64,000 bases of DNA. Origin: Alphaproteobacteria bacterium (GTDB lineage Bacteria; Pseudomonadota; Alphaproteobacteria; Bin95). The notes beneath the pieces are model-generated. The model did not search any database. It was not told the DNA's origin and saw only the letters and a list, made by a program, of their open reading frames with translations. The DNA lies in NCBI GenBank assembly GCA_963665325.3, contig OZ224045.1, forward strand, positions 352,001 through 416,000. The letters are read 5' to 3'. The first letter of the stretch is position 1; every line of letters starts with the position of its first letter. Below are positions 30,773-41,449 of the stretch, in pieces. Made by a program: the position numbers and the translations under genes.

Positions 30773-31651
30773 CTACGCCGCGACCGGCCGGGCGGTATCG
30801 CGCACCTGCGTGCGGTGCATGTGGCGGCGGCTGCCGGCAGGCAGTGTATCGCGCCGATGAAGGGTGCAGCGATTGTCCCAGATCACCAGGTCACCGACCT
30901 GCCAATCCTGCGTCCACACGAACCCGCATCGCAGGATATGCGCCCAGATTTCGTCCAGCAGGGCGTCGCTCTCGGAATCGGACAGGCCGACGATCCAGGC
31001 ATTGGGCCGGCGTCCGACGCACAGCGCCTTGCGGCCTGTCCCCGGGTGGAGGAGGACCAGCGGATGGACCGCCCCGGGACGGCCCTCATTCGAATATTCT
31101 TCCTTGTAGCCGTGGCGCAGGCCGCCGTCGGACGAGCGCGTCGCATCGTGCTTGCAACTCAGGCCCTCGATCCGCCGGCGAAGGTCGTCCGGCAGTGCGT
31201 CGTAAGCCTTGTAGAGATTGTAGAATTGCGTGGCGCCGCCCTTTTCCGGGACCTCTATGCCATATAGCAGGCTCGCCTTGGGCGGGATGTCGTTGTAGGT
31301 CATGTCCTGGTGCCAGACGAGCTCCGAGTTGCCTAGCGCGCCGGCCGGCTTTCCGTCCACGACAATATTCGACACCACGACGATCTCGGGACGGTCGGGA
31401 TTGAACGGTTTGCCGCCGCGCCCCGTTGGCGCCATGTCCAATTCTCCGAAGCGGCGAGAGAAAGCGGCCAGCGCATCGTCGTCCAGCGTCTGTCCACGGA
31501 AACGAAGCACGAGATGGTCGTGCCATGCGCCCTCCAGGAAGCGGAATTCGGCGTCGTCGAGCTCCTGCCGGAGATCGACCCCGCTAATGTCCGCGCCGAG
31601 CGCACCGCCGGTCGGAACGATCCGAATGTCTGTTGCCGCCGTTCCGGACAT
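30773..31651 (-). CDS. TauD/TfdA family 2OG-Fe(II) dioxygenase
   Basis: LGADISGVDL, WHQDMTY, HPGTGRKAL, WDNRCTLHRR. Confidence 0.92.
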   Translation of the reverse strand: MSGTAATDIRIVPTGGALGADISGVDLRQELDDAEFRFLEGAWHDHLVLRFRGQTLDDDALAAFSRRFGELDMAPTGRGGKPFNPDRPEIVVVSNIVVDGKPAGALGNSELVWHQDMTYNDIPPKASLLYGIEVPEKGGATQFYNLYKAYDALPDDLRRRIEGLSCKHDATRSSDGGLRHGYKEEYSNEGRPGAVHPLVLLHPGTGRKALCVGRRPNAWIVGLSDSESDALLDEIWAHILRCGFVWTQDWQVGDLVIWDNRCTLHRRDTLPAGSRRHMHRTQVRDTARPVAA

Positions 31652-31721
31652 GGCTCTCTCCCGATTGCTTGCGCCCCGACGGTAGCGGAAGACGGTACCG
31701 CGAAAAAGTGTCCGGTAACAC

Positions 31722-33470
31722 CTATCTCCGGTCCAATGCCTTCACATGGACGGTCACGACATCCGTGTCGTGATATTGCTGGTGGCGCACCGAGGATGCG
31801 AGATGCCGCAGCAGCCGCAGCGAGATTTCGTGTTCGACCGGCGTGCCGGCGGTGTGCTCTCCGAGCAGCGCGATGCGGTCTTCCAGGTTGCTCTCTTCGC
31901 CGGCGGCAACCACGAATTCCAGCACCGCTCCCCCTTCCTCCCGCGATGCCGAAACACGCAAGCGCCGAGGTCCTGCTATTTCCCTGTCGTCGTTTTGCTC
32001 GACCAGCGTCAACAGGGTCTCTTCTCCGATAGCGTCCAGCCGTTCCTGCATGCCTTCCGCCCAACCGTTGCGCGATGCAAACGTCCTCAGGAACGCGCTT
32101 ACCGGCCCGATAGCGGAACCGTCGAATGCGGTTTCCATCCGGCTCCGGCGCGGCTTGGCCGCTTCGAGACACAGCGTCAGGAAAATCGCGGCAGCGCCGC
32201 CGGCCGTCATACCGTTCTGCAGCAGGCCGCCGGCGAAATCGGCGAAGAACCCGGGGAAGATCACGCCGTTCTGGAAGCCAACGCCGATCCAGAAGGATAC
32301 GCCCACCACCAGTCCCTTGCGGTAGTCGAGGCCGTCCTGCACCACGATTCTCATGCCCACCACGAAGAGCATCGCAAGCAGCACGGTCGCATAAGCGGCG
32401 ACGACCGGGCCCGGAACTGCAAGAACGATGGCGAGCGCCTTCGGCAGCAAAGCCAGGATGAGGAAAATTACGCCTACGGCAATGCCGACGCGCCGTGCAG
32501 CCACACCGGTGAGTTCGGTGACCGATATGCTGGTCGAATAGGTGGTATTCGGAACTGTGCCGAAGATGCCGGAGAGCAGGTTGCCCAGGCCGTCCGCGGC
32601 GACCGCGCCCTCGACCGCCCTGTAGTCCACGGCCCGGCGCTCGCGCCAGGAGACATGCTGGATTGCGATGGAGTCGCCGACCGTCTCGATGGCCCCGACC
32701 AGGGTGACCAGGACGAACGCCGGCAACAGCGTCCAGAAGGCCGGCCCGAATTCGAGGTCAAAACCCGGCCATCCGCCTTCCGGAAACCCGACCCAGGCCG
32801 CACTTGCGACACGTTCCAGATCGTAAATGCCGAAGGCGGCGCCCACTGCCGATCCCACCACCACCCCGATGACCGGCGCCCAGAGACGCCAGACCCCGGT
32901 TGCGGCAAGCGCGATGGCCACGATCACCGCCATCGTGACGCCGGCCGACACGGGAGCTGCAAGCGGCGGCGCTCCCTCCGGCGCCTTGTCCAGCATGTCG
33001 AAGATAATCGGCATGACCGTGACCGCGATCAGCATGATGACGGTGCCGGCGACCGACGGCGTGAAAATGCGGCGAACCAGCGACAGGCGGGCCGCCAGCG
33101 CGAACTGGAAGAACGACGAAATAACGACCAGCGTGGCGAGCAACGCCGGCCCGCCTTGCGCCATAGCCCCGATGCACACGGCGATAAACGCGCCGGAAGT
33201 GCCCATCAGCAGGACGTAACCGGCGCCGATGCGACCGACACGCACCGCCTGAACGACGGTCGTGACGCCGCAGACCGCGACGGCCGCAAAGGCCGCCCAT
33301 GAGAGATAGGAGTCGCTCCCTCCGCCCGCCCGAATTACGATGGAAGGCGTAAGGACAATTCCGGCGATGGTGAGCATCGCCAGCTGCAGGCCGAGGCCGA
33401 ACGCCAACGGCGCCGGCGGTTTCTCGTCAGCCGCATACCGCACATGGCGGCCTGCTTCGCTCGGTTCCAT
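31722..33470 (-). CDS. NCS2 (xanthine/uracil) family permease with ~130-aa extra C-terminal soluble domain
   Basis: DEKPP..GLQ, GTSGAF, ETVGD, ADGLG, PNTTY; hydrophilic tail after last TM. Confidence 0.82.
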   Translation of the reverse strand: MEPSEAGRHVRYAADEKPPAPLAFGLGLQLAMLTIAGIVLTPSIVIRAGGGSDSYLSWAAFAAVAVCGVTTVVQAVRVGRIGAGYVLLMGTSGAFIAVCIGAMAQGGPALLATLVVISSFFQFALAARLSLVRRIFTPSVAGTVIMLIAVTVMPIIFDMLDKAPEGAPPLAAPVSAGVTMAVIVAIALAATGVWRLWAPVIGVVVGSAVGAAFGIYDLERVASAAWVGFPEGGWPGFDLEFGPAFWTLLPAFVLVTLVGAIETVGDSIAIQHVSWRERRAVDYRAVEGAVAADGLGNLLSGIFGTVPNTTYSTSISVTELTGVAARRVGIAVGVIFLILALLPKALAIVLAVPGPVVAAYATVLLAMLFVVGMRIVVQDGLDYRKGLVVGVSFWIGVGFQNGVIFPGFFADFAGGLLQNGMTAGGAAAIFLTLCLEAAKPRRSRMETAFDGSAIGPVSAFLRTFASRNGWAEGMQERLDAIGEETLLTLVEQNDDREIAGPRRLRVSASREEGGAVLEFVVAAGEESNLEDRIALLGEHTAGTPVEHEISLRLLRHLASSVRHQQYHDTDVVTVHVKALDRR

Positions 33471-33495
33471 TCTTCCTCCGGCCGGGCCGGCCTCG

Positions 33496-34554
33496 TTAGA
33501 GTGCCTCGGCGATGGCGCGCCCGAGCTCTACCGTCGTGCCGTTGCCGCCCATGTCGGGAGTCAGCGGGCCGGCGCCGGTGAGGACCGTCTCGATGGCTCG
33601 CTCGATGGCCGCTGCTGCGTCACCGTGGCCCAGATGTTCCAGCATCATCGCCCCGGACCAGATCTGGCCGATGGGATTGGCGATGCCCCGGCCCGCGATA
33701 TCCGGAGCCGAGCCGTGTACCGGCTCGAACATGGAAGGCATATCGCCCGCGGGATTGATATTGGACGACGGGGCGATGCCGATGGACCCGGCTACGGCCG
33801 GCCCGAGGTCGGAAAGGATATCGCCGAACAGGTTCGAACCGACGACCACATCGAACCAGTCCGGGTGCTGGACGAAATGCGCCGTCAGGATGTCGATATG
33901 GTACTGGTCCGTGGCTACATCGGGATACCGGGCCGACATGGCCCGGAAGCGCTCGTCCCAGTAGGGCATGGTGTGGATGATGCCGTTGGACTTCGTCGCC
34001 GAGGTCACTTTCCTTCGCGGACGCGTCTCCGCGAGTTCGAAGGCGTAGCGCAGGATGCGGTCCACGCCGCGCCGGGTGAAGACCGTCTCCTGCACCGCCA
34101 TTTCAGCATCGGTGCCGGCGTAGAGCCGCCCCCCGATTTCCGAATATTCGCCCTCGCAATTCTCGCGGATGACGTAGAAGTCGATGTCTTCAGGCCCGCG
34201 GCCCGCCAGCGGCGAGCTTATCCCCTTCAGCAGGCGCACCGGGCGCAGATTCACATATTGGTCAAACCTGCGGCGGATCGGTATCAGCAGGCCCCAGAGC
34301 GAAACATGGTCCGGCACGGTGGGCCAGCCGACGGCGCCGAGAAAGATCGCATCGAACGCCTCCAGACGGTCCAGGCCGTCCTCAGGCATGAGACGCCCCG
34401 TTTCCGCATAACGCTCGCAGGACCAGTCGAAGGTTTCGAACTCGAAATCGATGCCGTAGCACCGACCGGCTGCCTCCAGGACCTGAACTCCTTCCGGCAC
34501 GACTTCCTTGCCGATGCCGTCTCCCGGAATGGATGCAATGCGGTAGCGGGGCAT
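33496..34554 (-). CDS. Tartrate dehydrogenase/D-malate dehydrogenase (decarboxylating)
   Basis: IPGDGIGKEV, VPDHVSLWGLL, FDQYVNLRP, SATKSNG, FEPVHGSAPDIAG. Confidence 0.9.
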   Translation of the reverse strand: MPRYRIASIPGDGIGKEVVPEGVQVLEAAGRCYGIDFEFETFDWSCERYAETGRLMPEDGLDRLEAFDAIFLGAVGWPTVPDHVSLWGLLIPIRRRFDQYVNLRPVRLLKGISSPLAGRGPEDIDFYVIRENCEGEYSEIGGRLYAGTDAEMAVQETVFTRRGVDRILRYAFELAETRPRRKVTSATKSNGIIHTMPYWDERFRAMSARYPDVATDQYHIDILTAHFVQHPDWFDVVVGSNLFGDILSDLGPAVAGSIGIAPSSNINPAGDMPSMFEPVHGSAPDIAGRGIANPIGQIWSGAMMLEHLGHGDAAAAIERAIETVLTGAGPLTPDMGGNGTTVELGRAIAEAL

Positions 34555-34642
34555 GAGGCGTTCTTTCCTGATCGGGTCGCGCCGGTATCGATACGGCCCG
34601 CCGCATTGTCAACCCGCCCGCGCGGGTCTAAGACGCGCCCGC

Positions 34643-35371
34643 ATGAACGACAGCCCCGCCGAACAAGCACTTGCCACCTTCCGGCAACAGATCGACCGCT
34701 GCGACTCCGCGATTCTGGAGAGCCTGCGCCAGCGCGCGCGTGTGGTCGAGCTCGTCGGCATGGACAAGAGCGCCCGCGGTGTTGTGGATGTCTATCGCCC
34801 CGGACGCGAGGCCGCGTTAATGCGTCGGCTGGCAGCTACCGATAGTGCGCCCTTTCCGACGGCTTCATTGCTGAGTGTCTGGCGGGAGGTGATCGGGGCC
34901 AGTTTCACGATAGAGGGTCATCCGCTGAATGTCGTGAGCGGCAGCGCAAATGCCTGGGAACGCGCCCGGAACCACTTTCGCGCGGCCCGTCATTCCCGAG
35001 TTTCCGGCGCTCGCGCCGTTGTGTATGCCGTCGCCACCGGCGAGGCCACTGTCGGTGTGGCGTCTCTCGACGATGACGAACCCTGGTGGCCTCTGCTGGC
35101 CGAACTCGATCCCCCGCTCCACATTGTCGCGCGCCTCCCGTTCGCGCCCGGCCTTTACCCGGTAGGCGCGCCCGGCGCGCTCGTGATTGCGCGCAATCCG
35201 CCGGACCCGAGCGGCGACGACCTTGCCGTCGCTATCGCCGCAGAAGCCGCAGGCGAGGTCCTGACGGCCCGCGGTGACCGATTCCTGGTTGCCGCAAGGG
35301 AAATCGGCGCCGATATGATTCCCCTCGGCGGCTATGCTGTGCCGATCAATCTCAAGGAGACCGCAGGATGA
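34643..35371 (+). CDS. Chorismate mutase (AroQ-like N-terminal domain, alphaproteobacterial type)
   Basis: [18 protein letters not shown]; WREVI; upstream of hisC-tyrC. Confidence 0.8.
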   Translation: MNDSPAEQALATFRQQIDRCDSAILESLRQRARVVELVGMDKSARGVVDVYRPGREAALMRRLAATDSAPFPTASLLSVWREVIGASFTIEGHPLNVVSGSANAWERARNHFRAARHSRVSGARAVVYAVATGEATVGVASLDDDEPWWPLLAELDPPLHIVARLPFAPGLYPVGAPGALVIARNPPDPSGDDLAVAIAAEAAGEVLTARGDRFLVAAREIGADMIPLGGYAVPINLKETAG

Positions 35372-36441
35372 CCGTGCCTGCCCCCCGTGCCGGCGTGCTG
35401 GAGATTGCGGCCTATGTCGGCGGCGAAAGCGGTATCGAAGGCGTCGATGATGTCGCCAAGCTGTCCTCAAACGAAAACGCGCTGGGCCCGTCGCCGCACG
35501 CAGTAGAGGCGTTCCGGCGCATTGCTTCGTCCCTGCACCTGTATCCGGACGGCGCCGCGGAGGAACTCCGCGCCGCCATCGGCGAAGTCCATGACCTGGA
35601 CCCTGAACGCATCGTGTGCGGTTCGGGTTCGGACGAGCTCTTGTCGCTGCTGGCCCATGCCTATGCGGGTCCAGGCGACGAGGTGATCTATCCGGAGCAC
35701 GGCTTCGCGATGTATCCGATTGCGACGCGCGCGGCGGGTGCTCATCCCGTGGTGGCGGCGGAACGCGAATTCACAGCCGATGTCGATGCAATCCTGGCGG
35801 CGGTGACGACGCGCACGAAGCTGGTCTTCGTCGCGAACCCGAACAACCCGACCGGGACCTATATTTCCGGCGACGAACTTGTCCGGCTGCGCGAGGGGCT
35901 GCCGCCCGGCGTGCTGCTGGTGGTGGACGCCGCCTACGCCGAATATGTCGGCCGCAACGACTATGCCGACGGGCGCGAACTGGTCGAGGCCGGCGGCAAC
36001 ACCGTCATGACGCGTACATTCTCCAAGATCTACGGGCTGGCGGCTCTCCGACTGGGCTGGGCCTATTGCCCGCCCAATGTCGTGGACGTGCTCCAGCGGG
36101 TACGCGGGCCGTTCAATGTCAATGCCGCAGCACAGGCTGCCGGCGTGGCGGCAATACGCGACGCCGGGCATGTCCGGTTCTCGCGCACGCACAACGACAA
36201 GTGGCTCCCCTGGCTCACGGACGAAGTCCGCGCTCTGGGGTTCGAGGTGTTACCGAGCGTCGGCAATTTCATCCTGATCCGTTTCCCGGACGTGGAAGCC
36301 GCCCTGGCCGCCTTGCAAGGCCACGGCGTGATCCCGCGCCGCGTCGCCGGCTACGGTTTCCCGGACGGCCTTCGCATCACCGTGGGGCGGGAACAGGACA
36401 ACCGCGCCGTCGTCGCTGCACTGCGGACGCTCGTGCGGTGA
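35368..36441 (+). CDS. hisC: Histidinol-phosphate aminotransferase
   Basis: [43 protein letters not shown]. Confidence 0.95.
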   Translation: MTVPAPRAGVLEIAAYVGGESGIEGVDDVAKLSSNENALGPSPHAVEAFRRIASSLHLYPDGAAEELRAAIGEVHDLDPERIVCGSGSDELLSLLAHAYAGPGDEVIYPEHGFAMYPIATRAAGAHPVVAAEREFTADVDAILAAVTTRTKLVFVANPNNPTGTYISGDELVRLREGLPPGVLLVVDAAYAEYVGRNDYADGRELVEAGGNTVMTRTFSKIYGLAALRLGWAYCPPNVVDVLQRVRGPFNVNAAAQAAGVAAIRDAGHVRFSRTHNDKWLPWLTDEVRALGFEVLPSVGNFILIRFPDVEAALAALQGHGVIPRRVAGYGFPDGLRITVGREQDNRAVVAALRTLVR

Positions 36442-37322
36442 GCGAACCGATGTTCGAACGGGTGGCGCTGATCGGCATCGGCCTGATCGGTTCGTCCCTG
36501 GCCCGGGTGATGCAGCGGGAGCGTCTTGCCGGCAGCATCGTCGCCTGCGCCCGGCGTGCGGAAACCCTGGCCGCGGTGCAGGAGCTCGCGATTGCAGACG
36601 ACACGACCCACGACCCGGCCGAAGCCGCCGACGGGGCCGATCTCGTGGTCGTCTGCACGCCTATCGGCGCCTATGCCGCCATCGGCGAGGCCATTGCACC
36701 CCGGCTTCGAAACGGCGCCATTGTCAGCGATGTCGGGTCGGTGAAGCAGACCGTGGTCCGCGACCTCGGCCCCCACATCCCCGACGGCGCGCATTTCGTG
36801 CCGGCCCATCCCGTGGCCGGCACCGAGCATTCGGGGCCGGAAGCCGGTTTCGCGGAGCTCTTCGAAGGCCGCTGGTGCATTCTCACGCCACCGCCCGGCA
36901 CGGACCCGGAAGCCGTGGAGAAGATCGGCACCCTGTGGAAGAGAGCCGGCATGACGCTTGAAACCATGACTCCGGCCCACCACGACCATGTGCTGGCAAT
37001 CACCTCCCACTTGCCTCACCTGGTCGCATTCTCGATCGTGGGAACGGCCGCCGACCTGGAGCAGGACCTTCGCCAGGAAGTCATAAAGTTCGCGGCGAGC
37101 GGCTTCAGGGACTTCACCCGCATCGCGGCCAGCGACCCGACCATGTGGCGCGACATCTTTCTCAACAACCGCCACGCGCTGCTGGATGTGTGCGGCCGGC
37201 TGCTGGAGGACATTTCCCGCCTCCAGCGGGCCATCCGTTGGGGTGAGGGAGAGGAGATCGAGAGTCTGATCGAAGCCTCGCGCGAAATCAGGCGCAAGCT
37301 GATCGACGCGAACCAGGCGTGA
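36438..37322 (+). CDS. tyrC: Prephenate/arogenate (cyclohexadienyl) dehydrogenase
   Basis: [47 protein letters not shown]. Confidence 0.92.
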   Translation: MSEPMFERVALIGIGLIGSSLARVMQRERLAGSIVACARRAETLAAVQELAIADDTTHDPAEAADGADLVVVCTPIGAYAAIGEAIAPRLRNGAIVSDVGSVKQTVVRDLGPHIPDGAHFVPAHPVAGTEHSGPEAGFAELFEGRWCILTPPPGTDPEAVEKIGTLWKRAGMTLETMTPAHHDHVLAITSHLPHLVAFSIVGTAADLEQDLRQEVIKFAASGFRDFTRIAASDPTMWRDIFLNNRHALLDVCGRLLEDISRLQRAIRWGEGEEIESLIEASREIRRKLIDANQA

Positions 37323-38095
37323 CGGCCATCGCCGAGCGCGCCTTCCGGGGCGAACTCGTCGTTCTTCGCCGGCTGGACGCGCTCGACGCGTTGCTCGACC
37401 GCGCACGCGAGACCGCATTCGACGCCTTTGCCGACCCGGTCCGGGACGAAGGGCGCCTCGATAGCGGACTGTGGCAGGAGAAGGCGAAGGCGGCTCGCCG
37501 GAATTTCATGCGCTCCGAGGCTGTGTCGGGCCTGCTTCGCTCGCTCTTCGCCGAGTTCGGCTTCGACCCGGAGACGACCTACCGCGACCGGGCGATCCTG
37601 CGCTTCCAGCCGGGGCGGGCGGCCTGCCGGACGCGACGCCTGCGCGACCTGCCGCCGCACCGCGACAGCTGGGGCTCCAACATCATGACCCAACTGAACT
37701 GGTGGGGGCCGGTGTTTCCCGTCGAGCCGGCCGCGACAATGGAGATATGGCCGGGCTACTTCGACCGCCCGATTCCCAACAGCAGCGGAGACTGGGACAT
37801 CGACGCCCTGCGCGCCGCCAAGGGCGACTATCCTCTGCTGCCGGAAGCGGCCCGACCGGAAGAGGAAGGCGAACCCGTGCTGATCGAGCCCGGGGAACTG
37901 CTCTGCTTCTCCGGGGCGCATCTCCATGCCAGTCGGCCCAACCGGACCGGGCGAACGCGCATCAGCATCGACCTGCGCACCGTCGATGTTTCGGACGGTT
38001 CCGGCGCGCCGAATGTGGACGGCCACGCACGCCATATTGGCTATGACTGGTTCCACCGCCTTTCGGACGGCGCCTGCCTCGCCTCGGCCAGATAG
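37319..38095 (+). CDS. Hypothetical 2OG-Fe(II) oxygenase-like protein
   Basis: HRD..(QLNWWGP)..PGELLCFSGAHLHAS..TRISIDLR cupin-like HxD..H..R pattern; GTG overlaps tyrC stop. Confidence 0.65.
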   Translation: MTAIAERAFRGELVVLRRLDALDALLDRARETAFDAFADPVRDEGRLDSGLWQEKAKAARRNFMRSEAVSGLLRSLFAEFGFDPETTYRDRAILRFQPGRAACRTRRLRDLPPHRDSWGSNIMTQLNWWGPVFPVEPAATMEIWPGYFDRPIPNSSGDWDIDALRAAKGDYPLLPEAARPEEEGEPVLIEPGELLCFSGAHLHASRPNRTGRTRISIDLRTVDVSDGSGAPNVDGHARHIGYDWFHRLSDGACLASAR

Positions 38096-38844
38096 GCCAC
38101 CGTCTCCGCAAATCCCCCGAACGGGAAGAAGTGCAGGCCTTCCACTGACGGAGGCGCATCCCGGAGCCCGGAAATCAGCGTCGCCGGAGTCCAGCGTCCG
38201 GCTATCCGCAGCAGGCGTCCATCGCGCCACAGTCCCCGGAGCGAGCGCCCGACGCCGCACATCTTCGCGTATTTCAGCAACGCGCCGGGGCTGGCCACGC
38301 CGGGCAGGCCCACCCGAACCGGAGCGGTATTGCCGAGACGCGCAATGCGCTCTTCCCATTCCAGCAAGGCTTCGGCTTCGAACACGAACTGCGTGACCAC
38401 CGCACCTTCGGCCCCGACGGCGCGCGCGCTTGCAATCTTCGCGAGCAGCGCGGCGTCGCGGTTCTCCTCCGGGTGACCGGCAAAATAGAGGCGCTCGAAC
38501 CGCTCCGCCGCCGGTCCGATCAGGTCGCCGGCCACTGAAAAGGGGCCGAGCGGTTCGCTGCGGTCTCCGCCGACCAACAGCGCTTCCCGCACGCCGACCG
38601 ACCGCAGGGCATCCAGATGTCCGTCCAGATCGGCCCCGCTCCTTATGTGGCGGCCGCCGATATGCGGGACCGGCGCCATGCCGGCGCCCGCCAGGCGCGC
38701 TGCCGTCCTGACGACGCCGTCGAGCGCGCCGTGCGGCAAATGCGTGACGAAAACACGCGTGCCCTGCGGCAGGAGCGCGGCGAAAAAGCCGACCTCGCGG
38801 GCGCCGCCCGGTGTCGTCTCTATGGAGAAACCGTCGATCTTCAT
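38041..38844 (-). CDS. Methylenetetrahydrofolate reductase-like protein (short, divergent)
   Basis: SIETTP, PVPHI, LLVGGD, AGHPE, VTQFVF, LHFFPFGG. Confidence 0.78.
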   Translation of the reverse strand: MKIDGFSIETTPGGAREVGFFAALLPQGTRVFVTHLPHGALDGVVRTAARLAGAGMAPVPHIGGRHIRSGADLDGHLDALRSVGVREALLVGGDRSEPLGPFSVAGDLIGPAAERFERLYFAGHPEENRDAALLAKIASARAVGAEGAVVTQFVFEAEALLEWEERIARLGNTAPVRVGLPGVASPGALLKYAKMCGVGRSLRGLWRDGRLLRIAGRWTPATLISGLRDAPPSVEGLHFFPFGGFAETVAYLAEARQAPSERRWNQS

Positions 38845-39013
38845 GCCGGCGAGCGTCTCTTGCCGGGAGCGCAGCTTGCGGTCCGCGCACGACCAAGAGT
38901 TTCCCCTATGCGACAGCTTGTCGTGAGAGGCATAGTCGATGTCGCGAATGGAACGCTTGCCGATGCGACCGTCAGGCAGGTTCCGGCAAGGAATGAGGGA
39001 AGGAGCCCAGTCC

Positions 39014-41449
39014 ATGCGCACTCATGCCCGGGCAGTGGTTGTCGGCGGCGGCTGCGTCGGCGTCTCGATCGCCTACCACCTCGCGAAGCTCGGCGGCTGG
39101 TCCGATACCGTATTGCTCGAGAAATCGGAACTGACGGCCGGCTCGACCTGGCACGCGGCCGGCCTGCTGCCGCTCTTCAACATGAGCTACAGCGTCGGCC
39201 AGATCCACAAATACTCGGTCGACCTCTACAAGACGCTCGAAGCCGAGACGGGCCAGGATGTGAGCTTCCACGTCACCGGCAATCTCAGGCTCGCGAACAC
39301 GCGCGACCGCATGGACGAGTACCGGAAATATTGCGGCACTGCGAATACCATCGGCGTGCCGTTCGAGATGATCGGCCCCGACGAGATCCGCACCCTCTGG
39401 CCGCTGGCGAATACGCAGGGCCTTGTAGGCGCCCTTTTCCATCCGCATGACGGCCATGTGGCCCCGGTCGATCTGACCAATGCGCTTGCGGCCGGCGCGC
39501 GCGCCGGCGGCGCGGAGATTCACCGGCACACAAAGGTCGTCGATATCCGCCCGGAGCCGGACGGATCCTGGCGGGTCGTAACCGACAAGGGCGAGATCGT
39601 CACCGAGCATGTCGTGACCGCAACCGGCGCCTGGTGCCGGCAGACGCTGGCCATGGTCGGGCTCGATGTGCCCGTCATTCCGGTGGAGCACCAATATATC
39701 GTCACCGACGCGCACCCCGCCCTGACGGCACGCCATGCCGAGGGCCTGCCCGAAATGCCGGTACTGCGCGAGAGCGACGCTTCCTACTACCTGCGGGAGG
39801 AGCGCGACGGGCTGATTCTCGGTCCCTACGAGGCCGGCGCGCCTGCCTGCTTCGTGGACGGGGTCCCGGACGACTTCGGCCAGGAGTTGTTCCCGGGCGA
39901 TCTGGACCGGCTCGAGCCCCACATCGAAGCGGCCATCGCTCGGGTGCCCATTTTCGGCGAGGCCGGCATCAAGGACGTCGTGAACGGGGCCATACCCTAC
40001 ACGCCCGACGGCAACCCGCTGATCGGCCCGGCCTACGGCCTGAGGAACTTCTGGCTGGCCGAGGGCTTCAGCTTCGGAGTCACCGCAGCGGGCGGCGCCG
40101 GGCGCTTCCTTGCGGAGTGGATGCAGGACGGCGAGCCGCCCATCGACATGCTCGCGGTGGACCCACGCCGCTTCGGCGCCTACGCCAACAAGAGCTACGC
40201 GGTGGAGAAGAACGAGGAGGCCTACCGCAACGTCTTCACCGTGCATTTCCCCGACGAGGAGCGGCCGGCGGCCCGGCCGGCGAAGACGAGCCCCGTTCAC
40301 AGCCGGCACGAGGCAGCCGGCGCCGTGTTCGGACAGCGCTACGGGTGGGAGCGGCCCAACTGGTTCGCGCCTGCCGGGACGCCTGCGCGCGACGAGTGGA
40401 GCTTCCGCCGCAGCAACTGGTTTGCTCCTGTCGGCGAGGAATGCCGGCGCGCGCGCGAGCGCGTCGGGCTGATCGACATTACGAGCTTTTCCAAGTTCCG
40501 GGTCGCAGGGCCGGGCTCGGAGGCGTTTCTGGACGGCCTGCTCGCGAACCGGATGCCGAAAAGGACGGGCGCGCTCCGGCTCGGCCATGCGCTGACCTCG
40601 ACCGGCGGCGTCCGCTCGGAATTCTCGATCATGCGCGACGGGCCGGAAGAGTTTTACCTTGTGTCCTCGGGTGCAGCCGAGCGCTTCGACCACGACTACC
40701 TGGCCAAGGCCCTGCCCGGCGACGGTTCGGTCAGTCTCGACAACATCACCGAACGCCACGGCGTGCTGGTACTGGTGGGTCCCCACTCCCGCGACGTGCT
40801 GCAGAAGCTGACCGATACCGACCTTTCCAACGAGGCCTTCCCCTGGCTGACCGGACGGCATATCCGGGTTGGCATGGCGCCGGTGCGCGCGCTCAGGGTC
40901 AATTTCGTGGGCGAGCTCGGATGGGAGCTACACCACCCGATCGAATACCAGACCGGACTCTACGATGCGCTCTTGGCCGCTGGTGCGGAATTCGGCATCG
41001 GCGGGGTAGGCATGCGGGCGATGGAGTCCCTCCGGGTCGAGAAGTCCTACCGCATGTGGGGCATGGACCTGACGACGGAATATTCCGCCTTCGAAGCGGG
41101 GCTCGACCGCTTCATCGCCCTGAACAAGCCGGACTTCATCGGTCGCGACGCGCTCATCCGGCAACGGGAGGAAGGCGTGCCGCAGGCCTTCGTGACGCTG
41201 GAGGTGGACGCGGACGACGCCGACCCATGGGGCAACGAGCCGCTCTATCTGGATGGTGAGATGGTCGGCCGGGCAACCTCGGGGGTCTACGGGCACGCGG
41301 TCGGCCGGAGCCTGGCATTGGCCTATGTGCGCCCCGAAGCAGCTGGGCTCGGCGTCGAACTCGCTATCGACATCCTCGGCAGCCGCCGGGCCGCCCGCGT
41401 GATCCCTGAGTCGCCGCACGACCCCGAAAACGAGCGGCTCAGAGCGTAG
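39014..41449 (+). CDS. GcvT-family FAD-dependent dimethylglycine/sarcosine dehydrogenase-like protein
   Basis: VVGGGCVG, ELTAGSTWHAAG, YTPDGNP, GWERPNWF, GELGWELH, SLRVEKSYR, DPENERLRA. Confidence 0.9.
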   Translation: MRTHARAVVVGGGCVGVSIAYHLAKLGGWSDTVLLEKSELTAGSTWHAAGLLPLFNMSYSVGQIHKYSVDLYKTLEAETGQDVSFHVTGNLRLANTRDRMDEYRKYCGTANTIGVPFEMIGPDEIRTLWPLANTQGLVGALFHPHDGHVAPVDLTNALAAGARAGGAEIHRHTKVVDIRPEPDGSWRVVTDKGEIVTEHVVTATGAWCRQTLAMVGLDVPVIPVEHQYIVTDAHPALTARHAEGLPEMPVLRESDASYYLREERDGLILGPYEAGAPACFVDGVPDDFGQELFPGDLDRLEPHIEAAIARVPIFGEAGIKDVVNGAIPYTPDGNPLIGPAYGLRNFWLAEGFSFGVTAAGGAGRFLAEWMQDGEPPIDMLAVDPRRFGAYANKSYAVEKNEEAYRNVFTVHFPDEERPAARPAKTSPVHSRHEAAGAVFGQRYGWERPNWFAPAGTPARDEWSFRRSNWFAPVGEECRRARERVGLIDITSFSKFRVAGPGSEAFLDGLLANRMPKRTGALRLGHALTSTGGVRSEFSIMRDGPEEFYLVSSGAAERFDHDYLAKALPGDGSVSLDNITERHGVLVLVGPHSRDVLQKLTDTDLSNEAFPWLTGRHIRVGMAPVRALRVNFVGELGWELHHPIEYQTGLYDALLAAGAEFGIGGVGMRAMESLRVEKSYRMWGMDLTTEYSAFEAGLDRFIALNKPDFIGRDALIRQREEGVPQAFVTLEVDADDADPWGNEPLYLDGEMVGRATSGVYGHAVGRSLALAYVRPEAAGLGVELAIDILGSRRAARVIPESPHDPENERLRA

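Noticed and set aside
38972-40861. Long antisense or alternate-frame ORFs (also 49954-52224, 15468-17501, 45419-47014, 31746-33302)
   Set aside because: Shadow ORFs of real genes in high-GC DNA; no family motifs
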